Shown piece after piece: positions 41,719 to 51,874 of a DNA stretch of 64,000 bases. Position 1 is the stretch's first letter. The number at the start of each line of letters is the position of its first letter. The DNA lies in contig CAWCMR010000018.1 of assembly GCA_963796685.1 (NCBI GenBank), positions 1 to 64,000 on the forward strand, read 5' to 3'. The notes beneath the pieces were generated by a model. It made no database searches, was not told the origin of the DNA, and saw only the letters and a list, made by a program, of their open reading frames with translations. Position numbers and translations under genes: made by a program. The DNA comes from an uncultured delta proteobacterium (GTDB lineage: Bacteria; Myxococcota_A; Polyangia; Fen-1088).

Positions 41719-42318
41719 CTAGCTGCCGCCCCCGCCGCCACGTCGCAGCTCGGTCAGGACCGCCTTGGCGATGGCCTTCAGGGTCTCGAAAACCCCGACG
41801 CCAGTGGTGGCGCAGGCCTCGAACTCGGGCGCGTGCGTCGGGTTGAGCAGCTGGCGCAGCTCATCCAGGGGCGCGGCATTGGGCAAGTCGCGCTTGTTGT
41901 ACTGGATGATGTAGGGGAGCTTGTCGAGATTGTAGCCCTGCTCGGTCAGGTTCAAGCGCAGGTTCTCGAGCGACTCCATGTTGGCCTCCATACGCTCGTT
42001 CTGCGAGTCGGCCACGAAGACCACGCCGTCGACGCCCTTCAAGATCAACTTGCGGCTGGCGTCGTAGAAGACCTGGCCGGGCACGGTGTAGAGGTGGAAG
42101 CGCGTCTTGAAACCGCGGATCTCGCCCAGCGACAGCGGCAGGAAATCGAAGAACAGCGTGCGCTCGGTCTCGGTGGCCAGCGAGATCATCTTGCCCTTGG
42201 CCTCCGGACTGGTGCGCGCGTAGATGAACTGAAGGTTGGTGGTTTTTCCGCCAAGCCCGGGGCCGTAATAAACCAGCTTGCAGTTGATTTCCCGGGAGGA
42301 GTAGTTGATGAAGCTCAT
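41719..42318 (-). CDS. mglA: gliding-motility small GTPase MglA
   Basis: [47 protein letters not shown]. Confidence 0.98.
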   Translation of the reverse strand: MSFINYSSREINCKLVYYGPGLGGKTTNLQFIYARTSPEAKGKMISLATETERTLFFDFLPLSLGEIRGFKTRFHLYTVPGQVFYDASRKLILKGVDGVVFVADSQNERMEANMESLENLRLNLTEQGYNLDKLPYIIQYNKRDLPNAAPLDELRQLLNPTHAPEFEACATTGVGVFETLKAIAKAVLTELRRGGGGGS

Positions 42319-42330
42319 CGACCAGGGCGC

Positions 42331-42810
42331 TCAATCATTGAAGAGTTTATCGATGTCCGCGTCGGTGATCTCGTTCAAGATCGAAGGTCCCGTCTGGCTT
42401 GCGGCCTTGCGCGTGACCTGCTCGAACAGTCGGGCCATCTCCTCGGTGGCCTTGCGGACGCGCAGGCGTACCAGGCCCAGCGACGAGCGCTCGTCGAAAA
42501 GCACGACCAGGATGGCTCGTCCGGCGACCAGGGTGATGTGCACGTGGGTCTTCTCGCCCTCGTGGAACTGGCTGGTGAAGTCCTTCTCGCGCAAGATCTT
42601 CGAGATCCCGCCGGTGGCGGCCACGTTGCCCGCGGTCAGGGAGGACAGCGAGGTGACGTCGATTTCACCGACCTCGCCGGCTTCGGCGATGGGCTGACCG
42701 TCGCGGCCGATGAGCAGCACGGCCTTGGCATTGGAATCCCGATGGAGCCGCTGGCAGACGCTGGCGATCAGCTTCTGCTCTTCGGGGAACATGACGTCTG
42801 GGCCACTCAT
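42331..42810 (-). CDS. mglB: roadblock GAP MglB
   Basis: TSLSSLTAGNVAATGG, FHEGEK, SSLGLVRLRV, EITDADIDKLF. Confidence 0.96.
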   Translation of the reverse strand: MSGPDVMFPEEQKLIASVCQRLHRDSNAKAVLLIGRDGQPIAEAGEVGEIDVTSLSSLTAGNVAATGGISKILREKDFTSQFHEGEKTHVHITLVAGRAILVVLFDERSSLGLVRLRVRKATEEMARLFEQVTRKAASQTGPSILNEITDADIDKLFND

Positions 42811-43123
42811 CTCGCTTCCATTTCTGCGTAGAACAAAAAGAACCGACCTGAAGGCACCTCGTCCCGCGTAGCGCGGAGAGAGCGCCGAGCGCGGCGTGGC
42901 GGGTGAGGGGCTTGACTCTCGCGATGGGCCGCGGCCGTCGCGCTGGGGGTGGGCTGGGCTAGCATCGGTGGGCCGCGGCTTCCAGGTTGTGGTGAGGCGT
43001 TGAATTCAAGGGGGGCTCTCTCAAGTCCGGTAGCTTAACAGCTTTTCGCAGGTCGCACACGACCGCGATGAAGAGGAACGTCAGGAACTCGTGATGGCTT
43101 TACGACGCATGCGGACAGAAAAA

Positions 43124-43721
43124 CTAGAGCCTCTCGGCGGCCATCGATGGCCCGCGCCAGGGTCAGACGGTCGGCGTACTCGAGCTCGCCACCCATGGGA
43201 ACGCCCGTGGCGATGCGACTCGTGCGCACGCCGAGGGGGCGGAGCAACTTGGCCAGGTAGATGGCCGTGGTTTCTCCCTCCACGCTCGGATTGGTGGCCA
43301 CGATGACCTCACCCACGTCGCTGCCACCGCAACGTTTGACGAGCTCGGCGATGCGCAGATCGTCGGGACCGATGCCTTCCAGGGGCGAGAGCACCCCGTG
43401 CAGGACATGGTAAAGGCCGCGGTAGCCGCCTGTGCGCTCGATGGCCAGGACATCCTGTGGGTGCGCCACGACGCACAGAAGGCCGTGGTCGCGCCGCTGG
43501 TCGCGGCAGATGGCGCAGGGATCGTCCTCGGTGAAGTCCCAGCACTGCCCGCACAAGCGGATCTTCGCCCTCAGCTCCGAGATGGCGCTGGCCAGGGCGG
43601 CGGCGTCTGCTTCCGGGGCACGCAGGATGTGGAAGGCCAGGCGCGCCGCGGTCTTTTCGCCCACGCCGGGCAGCTTGCCTAGCTCGCACACGAGGCGCGC
43701 GATGGGACCTGCAGTGCTCAT
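43124..43721 (-). CDS. recR: recombination mediator RecR
   Basis: LPGVGEKTAARLAF, C4 zinc finger, YHVLHGVLSP, Toprim; the ORF as given runs to 43035, the usual end is restored by removing one base near 43130. Confidence 0.95.
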
Positions 43722-43742
43722 GCTCAAATCCTGCCCGACGAA

Positions 43743-44072
43743 CTATCCCCCCAAAAGTCCGCTGGGCATGGGAAAGCCGGCGGTGGCCTGCGCGATTTGT
43801 TCCTGGGCCAAGCTGTGCGCGCGCGCGATGGCGATGTTGACCGCGCCGACAACCAGATCCTCGATCATCTTCACCTCGCCCGCCGCCACCAATGCCGGAT
43901 CGATGGCGACGGCGGTAAGCTCGCCCCGGCCGTTGGCCGTGACCTTGACCATGCCGCCGCCGGTTTCGCCGGTGACGGATTCTTCGCCAAGCTGCGTTTT
44001 CACCTTTTCCACCTCAACGCGCAAGCGTTGCCAGGTGTCAATCAGGCCGGCCAGATCCGCTCCTTCGGTCAT
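43743..44072 (-). CDS. ybaB: YbaB/EbfC nucleoid-associated protein
   Basis: GETGGGMVKVTANG, MIEDLVVGAVN. Confidence 0.93.
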   Translation of the reverse strand: MTEGADLAGLIDTWQRLRVEVEKVKTQLGEESVTGETGGGMVKVTANGRGELTAVAIDPALVAAGEVKMIEDLVVGAVNIAIARAHSLAQEQIAQATAGFPMPSGLLGG

Positions 44073-45790
44073 TGCGTTTTGATCTCCTTGGGCGCGGTGC
44101 CGAAGAGCTCCTGGGCCTTGCGCACCATGGGGTGTTGGCGTGCCTCGCTTTCGCGCAGGTGCTGTTCGGCTCTGGCGGCCTCCGCCTCGCGGCCCACCTC
44201 GGAACGCACCAGCGACTTTCCCGACTGCGCCGTGCCGAGCTCCAGCGAAACGTGCGTAGGCGATCCGGTGATCTGCGAGAGCACGCGCTCGATCTCGACC
44301 CTGCTCTTCGCGGTCTGATCGAGGGCGAATTTCTGGTCGAAGAGCAGCGTGACCTGGCCGCCTTCCCACGAAGCGACCTCGGCGTGGTCGAGCGCCGCCG
44401 CGATGGACGGCCGGTGGCCGAAGGACTCGCACACCCGGCGCCACACCCCGGCGATGTCGGACTCGGGCGAGCCGCGTTCGATGGGCTTGGCCATGGCAGG
44501 TGCCTGGGTGCCTGCGCCGGCAGGCACGGGCGATGCGACCGCGGGGGCAGGGGACGGAGCTGCGGGCGGCGCGGGCACCACGGCCAGACGCGGGCGCGGG
44601 CTCGAGCCGTGCGGGGCCGGGGGCGCACCGGCGGCGCCGCCCGCGAGCCGCGCTTCCAGCTTGCCCAGCCGATCGAGCAGGTCGCCGAGGGGCAAGAGCG
44701 GCTCGGCGAAGCACAGATCGACAAGGGCCATCTCGACGATCAGGCGCGGCGTTTGGGAACGCGCGGCTTCCTCGACGGCGCGGGCCCAGCGTTCGAAGAG
44801 CGCGGTCACCAGTCCACGGGGCGCCTTTTGCGCGAGCTGCTTGGCCTCGGCGATCTCTTCGGGCGTGGCATCGATGAGCTCCGCCGCATCGGGCACCAGC
44901 GACACGATCTCGAGATCGTGCAGCAGGCCGAGGAAGCTGCGCGCGAGCTGGACCAGATCCACGCCGCGATCCACCGCCGCCGCCAGCGCGCGCAGGGCCT
45001 GCGCGACGTCGTGTTCCAGCACCGTGCCGGCCAGTTGGAAGAGCAAGGTGCGATCCGCGACGCCCAGCACCTCGGCGACGCGCTCGCGCGTGATCTTGTC
45101 CTTGCCCACGTAGGCCAGCACTTGGTCGAGCAGGGACAGTCCGTCGCGCACCGAGCCGGCGGCTTCGCGGGCCAGCAAGCGTACGGCATCGGGCTCGCTG
45201 TCGATGTTCTCCTTGACCAGGATCTGCGCGAGATGCGCCGCCAGCGCGTGGGTGGACAGCAATTTGAAATCGTAGCGCTGGCAGCGCGAGAGGATGGTGG
45301 CCGGGATCTTGTGCGACTCGGTGGTGGCGAAGATGAACACCACATGGGGCGGTGGCTCTTCCAGCGTCTTGAGCAGCGCATTGAAGGCGCTGGTCGAGAG
45401 CATGTGGACCTCGTCGATGATGTAGACCTTCTTGCGCGCCTCGGCCGGCAGGTAGCGCACGCCCTCGCGCAGGGTGCGCACGTCGTCCACGCCGGTATTG
45501 GAGGCGCCGTCGATCTCCAACACGTCCACCGATTGTCCGCTGGCGATGGATTGGCAGATGGCGCACTCGCCGCAAGGATTGGCGATGGGGCCCTTTTCGC
45601 AGCACAGGGCCTTGGCCAGGATGCGGGCGGCGCTGGTTTTGCCGATGCCGCGCGCCCCGGTGAACAGGAAGGCGTGGTGCACGCGGCCGAGCTCGATGGC
45701 GTTGGTCAGGGTGCGCGCCACGTGCTCCTGACCGGCCAGGTCGTCGAAGCGCTGCGGACGGTATTTGCGGGCAAGGACCAGGTACGACAC
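44069..45790 (-). CDS. dnaX: DNA polymerase III subunit gamma/tau
   Basis: SYLVLARKYRPQ, GARGIGKT, IDEVHML, LLKTLEEPP, SRC. Confidence 0.97.
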   Translation of the reverse strand: MSYLVLARKYRPQRFDDLAGQEHVARTLTNAIELGRVHHAFLFTGARGIGKTSAARILAKALCCEKGPIANPCGECAICQSIASGQSVDVLEIDGASNTGVDDVRTLREGVRYLPAEARKKVYIIDEVHMLSTSAFNALLKTLEEPPPHVVFIFATTESHKIPATILSRCQRYDFKLLSTHALAAHLAQILVKENIDSEPDAVRLLAREAAGSVRDGLSLLDQVLAYVGKDKITRERVAEVLGVADRTLLFQLAGTVLEHDVAQALRALAAAVDRGVDLVQLARSFLGLLHDLEIVSLVPDAAELIDATPEEIAEAKQLAQKAPRGLVTALFERWARAVEEAARSQTPRLIVEMALVDLCFAEPLLPLGDLLDRLGKLEARLAGGAAGAPPAPHGSSPRPRLAVVPAPPAAPSPAPAVASPVPAGAGTQAPAMAKPIERGSPESDIAGVWRRVCESFGHRPSIAAALDHAEVASWEGGQVTLLFDQKFALDQTAKSRVEIERVLSQITGSPTHVSLELGTAQSGKSLVRSEVGREAEAARAEQHLRESEARQHPMVRKAQELFGTAPKEIKTQ

Positions 45791-45974
45791 GCCGGCATCA
45801 TGGGGAGGATGCCGGGGGGCCGTCAACAGGCTTTCGGCACCTTTCCAGGGTTTGACGCCAATCTCGCCTTTTGGGCTCAAGATTCGGACCGAACCCGTCG
45901 CAGTAATGGTTGCCCATGAACCGGTGTCTTGCGCGGTCGCGACTTGTCGCGGCGGATCCAGGAGAGGAACGACG

Positions 45975-46445
45975 ATGAAGCCCATGCCCAAGGCCGAGCG
46001 CTTGGCCGCTCTGGTTTCCAACGTCACAGAGACCATGCTGGGGCTCTCGTTCGCGCCGGCCGAGAACAGGCCCGCGCACCCGTCCCTGAACTGGCGAACC
46101 GCCATCATGCTGGTGGATGGCCCGCGTCCCGTGAGCGTGGGTCTCTCCTCCGACGAAGGCGGTTGTGTGAAGCTGGCGGCGGCCATGTTCGGCTGCAAGA
46201 CCGAGGGGGTCGACGTGGGCATGGTCAACGACGCGCTCCGCGAGCTGGTCAACATGACCGCGGGGCTTCTCAAGCGCGAGATGGCGCTCGACCAGGCCCT
46301 GACCGTGCCCGCCATCGTCGACGACAAGGAGTCTCTGGCCGAGATCGCACGCCAGCACCCGGCGCTCGTGCTCATCGCGCGCGAGGTCGGGATCGCCCTG
46401 TGGGCTTGCGACGGCCTTCTCAAGTGGAGCGTGAAGGCCGCCTAG
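45975..46445 (+). CDS. cheX: CheX-family phosphatase-like protein
   Basis: DALRELVNMTAG ExxN motif, LTVPAIV. Confidence 0.8.
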   Translation: MKPMPKAERLAALVSNVTETMLGLSFAPAENRPAHPSLNWRTAIMLVDGPRPVSVGLSSDEGGCVKLAAAMFGCKTEGVDVGMVNDALRELVNMTAGLLKREMALDQALTVPAIVDDKESLAEIARQHPALVLIAREVGIALWACDGLLKWSVKAA

Positions 46446-46471
46446 ATGGCCCGAGACAAGGAGCAAGTCAC

Positions 46472-47602
46472 ATGCCACGTATTTTGACGGTAGACGATAG
46501 CCGGCCCATTCGCATGATCGTTTCCAAGGCCCTGGTCGAGATGGGCTTCGAGGTGGGAGAGGCCGAGGACGGCAACGACGGCCTCAAGAAACTGCAAGAA
46601 GGGGCCTACGACCTGGTGGTCCTGGACGTCACCATGCCGAACCTGGACGGACCGGGCATGTTGGCCAAGATGCGCGAAGTGGGCGACAAGACGCCCGTGC
46701 TCATGCTGACGTCCGAATCGAAGACGTCCATCGTGGCCGCGCTGATGAAGCTCGGCATCCAGGACTACGTGCTCAAGCCCTTCAAGGGCGACGAGCTACG
46801 CGGCAAGGTGCTCAAGGCTCTCAAGTTGCCGGCCAACTACGTGGCCCAGAACGGCGGCGCGACGGCCGGCGCGGCCGAGACGGGCGACGGCAAGCTGACC
46901 ATCCTGGTCATCGACGACATGGAGAACGTGCACAAGAAGCTGCGCTCCATGATTCCCGAGGCCGTCGGGCTGGAGACGGCGCTGACAGTGCAAGATGGTC
47001 TGAACGCCGTTCGCAACAAGAAAGTCAAGGCCATCCTGGTCGACGCCGAGATTCAGGCCGGCGGCCCCGCGCCCGTGGTCAAGCAATTGCGCCTGCTGCA
47101 ACCCGGGGCGGGCATCTGGGGCATGGCCCTGCGCAGCGCCAACAACGTGGCCAAGGAGATGCGCGATCTCGGCTTCGACGATGCCTTGCTCAAGCCCTTC
47201 ACCCAGGATGCCATCGACGCCTTGATCGAGCAGTACGCGGTCAAGAACGAAACCCTGTTCGTGGCCAAGGACGACCTCATCCAGATCACGCCCTTCCTGG
47301 GCAAAGAAGACAGGCTCGAACGCTATTTCGTCAAACTTGCCGCGGACGTGAAGACCGTGGTGCAGAAGCTGGGCGAGGCGTGTTTCGAGAAGGCGGTCAT
47401 CGACGCCATCAACCTTCCCCTGCAGCAGCCCGCGCGCGTGGCGCAATTCCTCGTCGACACCTTCAAAGTGGCCGGCGATCTAGGAATTTCGGTGAAGGTG
47501 GTGGGTTCGCCCGAGCTGCCCAAGGCCATGCGCGGCTTCCAGGAGACCAAGGACCTGCGCTGCTTCACCACCGTGGACGAGGCGCGTGCGCAGGCGGCGT
47601 AG
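46472..47602 (+). CDS. double-receiver response regulator with C-terminal STAS-like domain
   Basis: ILTVDDS..VLDVTMP..KPF; second ILVIDD..ILVD..KPF; ends CFTTVDEA. Confidence 0.85.
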   Translation: MPRILTVDDSRPIRMIVSKALVEMGFEVGEAEDGNDGLKKLQEGAYDLVVLDVTMPNLDGPGMLAKMREVGDKTPVLMLTSESKTSIVAALMKLGIQDYVLKPFKGDELRGKVLKALKLPANYVAQNGGATAGAAETGDGKLTILVIDDMENVHKKLRSMIPEAVGLETALTVQDGLNAVRNKKVKAILVDAEIQAGGPAPVVKQLRLLQPGAGIWGMALRSANNVAKEMRDLGFDDALLKPFTQDAIDALIEQYAVKNETLFVAKDDLIQITPFLGKEDRLERYFVKLAADVKTVVQKLGEACFEKAVIDAINLPLQQPARVAQFLVDTFKVAGDLGISVKVVGSPELPKAMRGFQETKDLRCFTTVDEARAQAA

Positions 47603-47670
47603 AAGACCTCCATCCCCACCGGCCCAACCGGGGGCGCACGATCGCGGAGGGGCGGCGTCCGGCAAACGCG

Positions 47671-49359
47671 TCAGACGCTGAATTGTCCAACCAGGGCTCT
47701 CAGCTGTTCGGCCAGCTTCGACAACTCGGCCGCGCTGATCTGTACCTGCTCGCCGCCCTTGCGGACATCGCCAAGCGCTGCATTCACGCTTGCGATGTCC
47801 CGAGCTATCGACTTCGCCACATCCGCGGACTGAGCAATGCGTTCGTTCGCGTCCTTCACGCCTCCCGTGGCCTCGGCGATATTGCCCGCCACGTCCCTGG
47901 TCACCGCAGCCTGCTCCTCGATGGCGGCGGCGACGTCTGCCACGATGCCGCCAACCTCTCGGATGACGCCGAAGATCTTGCCGATGTCCGCCATTGCCTC
48001 TCCGGTGGACGTCTGCACACCAGAGATCTTCGTCTTGATGCCCTCGGTGGCATGGGCCGTCTGTCCGGCAAGATCCTTGATCTCGTTGGCCACCACCGTG
48101 AAACCCTTACCCGCCGTGCCGGCCCGGGCCGCTTCGATGGTTGCATTGAGGGCCAGCAGGTTCGTTTGCGAGGAGATGTTCGTGATGGTTTCGGTCACCT
48201 GCCCGATCTGCTGGGCTGCCTGCTCAAGCTCGTGCATGAGCGAGGAAATCGCCTGGGCCCGCGCAGAGGCATCCTCGCTGATGGCGTGAGCCTTCGCGAC
48301 CTTCGCTGCAATGTCCCCCACCGTTGCGCTCATTTCCTCCGTCGCGCCTGCGACGGAAACGAGATTCGTGGCCGCCTGCTCCATGCTGGCGGCGACAGTG
48401 ATCGTGTTGGCGCTGGACTCCTCGGCGGCCGCCGCCACGGTGCCTGTCCTTTCCGCCATGGTTGCAGTTCCAGAGGAGGTCTGGGACGCGATGGCGGAAA
48501 GCTCGGTGGCGGAGGAAGCGAGGGTGTGCACGCCTTCTGTAACCTCGCGCAGCAGTTTTCGAAGACCCTTGCTCATGCTGTCGATCGCCTTGCCGAGATC
48601 GCCTGCCTCGTCCTTGCGATCCCGAAGGTTCGCGGGAACCTCGACCGTGAGATCGCCCTTGCTGACGAGATCGAGTAGGTGCACGCCAGCGTTGATGGGA
48701 ACGGTCAGGCTGCGCGCGGTTCGGAGGCCCGCGATGGCAATGAACGTTGCCAGAATCGCGAATACGACGATGGTCCATATCTCGGTCGAGTCGAGAACGG
48801 CGCCGGCTTTCTCTTCGATGGCCGCCTCTTCCTTGTTGGCCTCGGTCACCACCTGATCGATGGCGGCCCGGTGCTGTTCGTAGGCGTCGTTGAGTCGCCC
48901 CCCGCTGCTCTTCATCGTCTCCGCGTCCTGCTTCATCACGGCGGGGAAAAGCTCATCGGTGGCGATGCGAAAGAACGCTTGGGCGGGCTGGTAGGAATCC
49001 TTGAGGAGCAAATCGTGCAAGACGCCAGCCGGCAAGTGCGAAACCCAGTATTCGTGGCGCTCTTCGTAGCTCTTCTGGAGCTTCGCAAACCGGGTGGCCA
49101 ACGCGTGCCGGCGAAGATCTGCCGATTCTTCCTGGAATTGCTTGGCGACTAGGAACGCCTCGATGACGTACTCGGGGGGCGGCAGCACATCCGCGACGAG
49201 GTCTTTGTTCGCAACGATCTCCCGATACAAGGGACCGTTCACGGCCACCCGGCGCGTGGACAAGAGACCGACAAGGAAATTCCCGATCAACCCTGCCAGG
49301 GCCGTGCCGATCAGAATCAATAGCTTCGTTCGCATTCTCAGGTCATTGAAACCGGTCAT
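47671..49359 (-). CDS. methyl-accepting chemotaxis protein
   Basis: Two TMs, [35 protein letters not shown]. Confidence 0.95.
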   Translation of the reverse strand: MTGFNDLRMRTKLLILIGTALAGLIGNFLVGLLSTRRVAVNGPLYREIVANKDLVADVLPPPEYVIEAFLVAKQFQEESADLRRHALATRFAKLQKSYEERHEYWVSHLPAGVLHDLLLKDSYQPAQAFFRIATDELFPAVMKQDAETMKSSGGRLNDAYEQHRAAIDQVVTEANKEEAAIEEKAGAVLDSTEIWTIVVFAILATFIAIAGLRTARSLTVPINAGVHLLDLVSKGDLTVEVPANLRDRKDEAGDLGKAIDSMSKGLRKLLREVTEGVHTLASSATELSAIASQTSSGTATMAERTGTVAAAAEESSANTITVAASMEQAATNLVSVAGATEEMSATVGDIAAKVAKAHAISEDASARAQAISSLMHELEQAAQQIGQVTETITNISSQTNLLALNATIEAARAGTAGKGFTVVANEIKDLAGQTAHATEGIKTKISGVQTSTGEAMADIGKIFGVIREVGGIVADVAAAIEEQAAVTRDVAGNIAEATGGVKDANERIAQSADVAKSIARDIASVNAALGDVRKGGEQVQISAAELSKLAEQLRALVGQFSV

Positions 49360-49389
49360 GGTTCGGATCCTTCCAGGTGACTTCATTCT

Positions 49390-49416
49390 CTATCGGACGA
49401 CCGGTTGTGGTCTTGA
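49390..49416 (-). promoter_or_regulatory. putative sigma28 promoter of the mcp
   Basis: TCAA-N15-TCCGATAG on the minus strand. Confidence 0.55.
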
Positions 49417-49439
49417 CCCGGACCGGTTCGGCGCTTCGG

Positions 49440-49648
49440 CGGCTCAAGCCCATCGTCTATCCCATCGAGAAGACCGGCCTATGGGGCGATGGCGTACACG
49501 AGAAGCGCCCTGTGGTCACCAACGACTACAAGTCCCTGGTGAGGCCCACCAAGAAGGGGTATCCGGCCGGTCACGTAGACAGCAGCGACACGTGAACGCG
49601 TACATGATGCACGAAGGGATGATCGTGGGCGTGCGCTTGACCTTGTGA
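49440..49648 (+). pseudogene. GAF-domain fragment
   Basis: VYPIEKTGLWGDGVHEKRPVVTNDY..KKGYPAGHV..RHVN matches a GAF sensor subfamily. Confidence 0.65.
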
Positions 49649-49661
49649 ACCTCCCGGAGTC

Positions 49662-49910
49662 CTAGAGCACCGAACGAGTTGAATTCCTTCTGAATCCAAG
49701 GGATTGCCTGGCGCCGCCGAGGTCGCTGTGCACAGCGCGCACGAGCCCTTTTTCACCACAGAGAACACAGAGGGCACAGAGGCCAGGAAGAGTAAGGGTT
49801 TTCCGGATCTCGATCCGAACCCTTCCTTTCTCACCCGTCTCCGTGTTCTCTGTGTCCTCTGTGTTTAGAATCCGGAAATTGCCCGGTTTTCAACCCGTTC
49901 GGTGCTCTAG
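49662..49910. mobile_element. MITE-like element, copy 2, with nested CACAGAG palindrome
   Basis: CTAGAGCACCGAACGAGTTGAA...TTCAACCCGTTCGGTGCTCTAG, same TIR as 22410. Confidence 0.82.
49754..49866. repeat. CACAGAG-type periodic palindromic element, copy B
   Basis: CACCACAGAGAACACAGAGGGCACAGAG...CTCCGTGTTCTCTGTGTCCTCTGTG with the same TCCGGATC..GATCCGAACCCTTCC core as 31213. Confidence 0.8.
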
Positions 49911-49916
49911 GTTGGT

Positions 49917-50984
49917 TCAAGCGCACAGCCGAAGTGCTTCATGCGCGAGGCTTCCCAGGGGAAGCACTTTGTGTACGCCTCCGCGCTTGATGGCCTCGGC
50001 GGGCATGCCGAACACGACGCAGGTCGATTCGTCCTGGGCGAGATTGGTGGCGCCGGCCTCTTTCATCTCTGCCATGCCATTGGCACCGTCGTCGCCCATT
50101 CCTGTCATGATGACTCCGACGGCGTTGCTGCCTGCGTAGCGCGCCACCGAGCGAAACAGGACGTCCACCGAGGGACGGTGCCGCGAGACCAACGGTCCAT
50201 CCTTGACCTCGACGTAGTACCTGGCGCCGCTTCGTTTGAGCAATGTGTGTCGATTGCCAGGGGCGATAAGCGCGCGCCCGCGGATGACGCTGTCTCCGTC
50301 CTCCGCTTCCTTCACCTGCACGGCGCATAAGGAGTCGAGCCGCTTGGCAAACGCGGCGGTGAACTTCTCCGGCATGTGCTGAACGATGACGATGCCGGGA
50401 CAATCGACGGGCAAGACCGCGAGAAATTCGCGCAAGGCCTCCGTGCCGCCCGTGGATGCCCCCACCGCGACGATGCGCTCGGTCGTTTGGATCATGGCCT
50501 GACCCGACCCCTTGGCGATCACCGCATCGGCATTCAGCTTGGGTTGGACCATCGGCGGGGCGGACTTGCCTCCTCGAACGCGCACGCCCGCGGCGGCCTT
50601 GACCGCGTCGCAGATCTCAATCCTGGATTCTTCGAGGAACAGCTTCGTTCCAAGCTTGGGCTTGGTAATGATGTCCATGGCCCCGAGCTCGAGTGCGCGC
50701 AAGGTGGTATCGCAGCCGTCTTCGGCGAGACTGGAACAGATGACGACCGGGATAGGATGTTGAGCCATCAGCTTCTGCAAGAAGGTCAACCCGTCCATGC
50801 GGGGCATTTCGATATCCAGGGTAATGACGTCGGGCAGGAAGGTGCGCATCTTCTCGGCGGCGACGTAGGGATCTGACGCGCTTTCCACCGTGCCGATCTC
50901 TTTGTCGGAGGCCAAGATCCCCGTCAACGTCTGCCTGACGACGGCGGAATCGTCGACGACTAGGACCTGAATCTTCTTCGGCAT
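49917..50984 (-). CDS. cheB: chemotaxis methylesterase CheB
   Basis: REC domain, [26 protein letters not shown]. Confidence 0.97.
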   Translation of the reverse strand: MPKKIQVLVVDDSAVVRQTLTGILASDKEIGTVESASDPYVAAEKMRTFLPDVITLDIEMPRMDGLTFLQKLMAQHPIPVVICSSLAEDGCDTTLRALELGAMDIITKPKLGTKLFLEESRIEICDAVKAAAGVRVRGGKSAPPMVQPKLNADAVIAKGSGQAMIQTTERIVAVGASTGGTEALREFLAVLPVDCPGIVIVQHMPEKFTAAFAKRLDSLCAVQVKEAEDGDSVIRGRALIAPGNRHTLLKRSGARYYVEVKDGPLVSRHRPSVDVLFRSVARYAGSNAVGVIMTGMGDDGANGMAEMKEAGATNLAQDESTCVVFGMPAEAIKRGGVHKVLPLGSLAHEALRLCA

Positions 50985-50991
50985 GGGGCAG

Positions 50992-51873
50992 CTACCTCGC
51001 TTTTCGGTAGATCGTCGGTGCGATCTGAACCAGCGGAACCGACAGACCGTTGATGGTTTCCGAATGACCAAGGAAGACAAATCCACCCGGACGCAGCAAC
51101 CCCGTGAATCGCAAGAGGATTTGCGCCTGCGTGGCCCGATTGAAATAGATGAAGACGTTGCGACAGAAGATGACATCGATGGGGCGCGGAAGGTTGTAGC
51201 TCCGGGAAAGCAGGTTGAGCCGCTGAAACGTGACCTTTTGTCTGAGGCGGGGGCTGATGCGAACCAGGCCCTGCTCGCGATCGCGGCTGCGCAGGAGATA
51301 CTTGTACTTGAGCGCGCCGGGAATGGTGGCCGCGCACGCCTCCGTGTAGATGGCCCGCCGAGCGCGATCGAGCACGGAAGTGGATATATCCGTGGCCAGG
51401 ATCTGCCAGCTCATGACCCGGGACTCCGCGAACTCGCTCAGCACCATGGCCAAGGTGTAGGGCTCTTCACCGGTCGAGCTGGCTGCGCTCCACACGGTCA
51501 AGGGACGCGAGGGATGGTTGGCGCCTGACGCCAATAGCTCGGGAAGGGCCTCGTCAGCGAGGTACGCGAAGTGATGGGGCTCGCGAAAGAAGTCCGTCTT
51601 GTTGGTCGTGACTACGTCGATCAGGTGGACGATTTCGGCCTCGTCCCGGCTCGGCCCGAAGACACGGGTCACGTACTCGTGGTAGTCCGAAAGTCCCAGC
51701 GCCCGAAGTCGCTTTCGCAAGCGAGCTTCCAGCATTACCCGCTTGGTCGGCGGCAGTTGGATGCCGACTTCCTTCTCGATGAAGGCGCTCAACTGCGCGA
51801 AATCGCGCGTGGCGAGCTGGCCCTCGCTCCACGCCTGGGGAATCGAGGGAGTCTCGACCTCGGTGTCTCCCAT
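50992..51873 (-). CDS. cheR: chemotaxis methyltransferase CheR
   Basis: [36 protein letters not shown]. Confidence 0.96.
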   Translation of the reverse strand: MGDTEVETPSIPQAWSEGQLATRDFAQLSAFIEKEVGIQLPPTKRVMLEARLRKRLRALGLSDYHEYVTRVFGPSRDEAEIVHLIDVVTTNKTDFFREPHHFAYLADEALPELLASGANHPSRPLTVWSAASSTGEEPYTLAMVLSEFAESRVMSWQILATDISTSVLDRARRAIYTEACAATIPGALKYKYLLRSRDREQGLVRISPRLRQKVTFQRLNLLSRSYNLPRPIDVIFCRNVFIYFNRATQAQILLRFTGLLRPGGFVFLGHSETINGLSVPLVQIAPTIYRKAR

Positions 51874-51874
51874 G

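Noticed and set aside
45790-45970. SRP RNA or tRNA upstream of dnaX
   Set aside because: No SRP GGAA/AGCAG core or cloverleaf could be seen.
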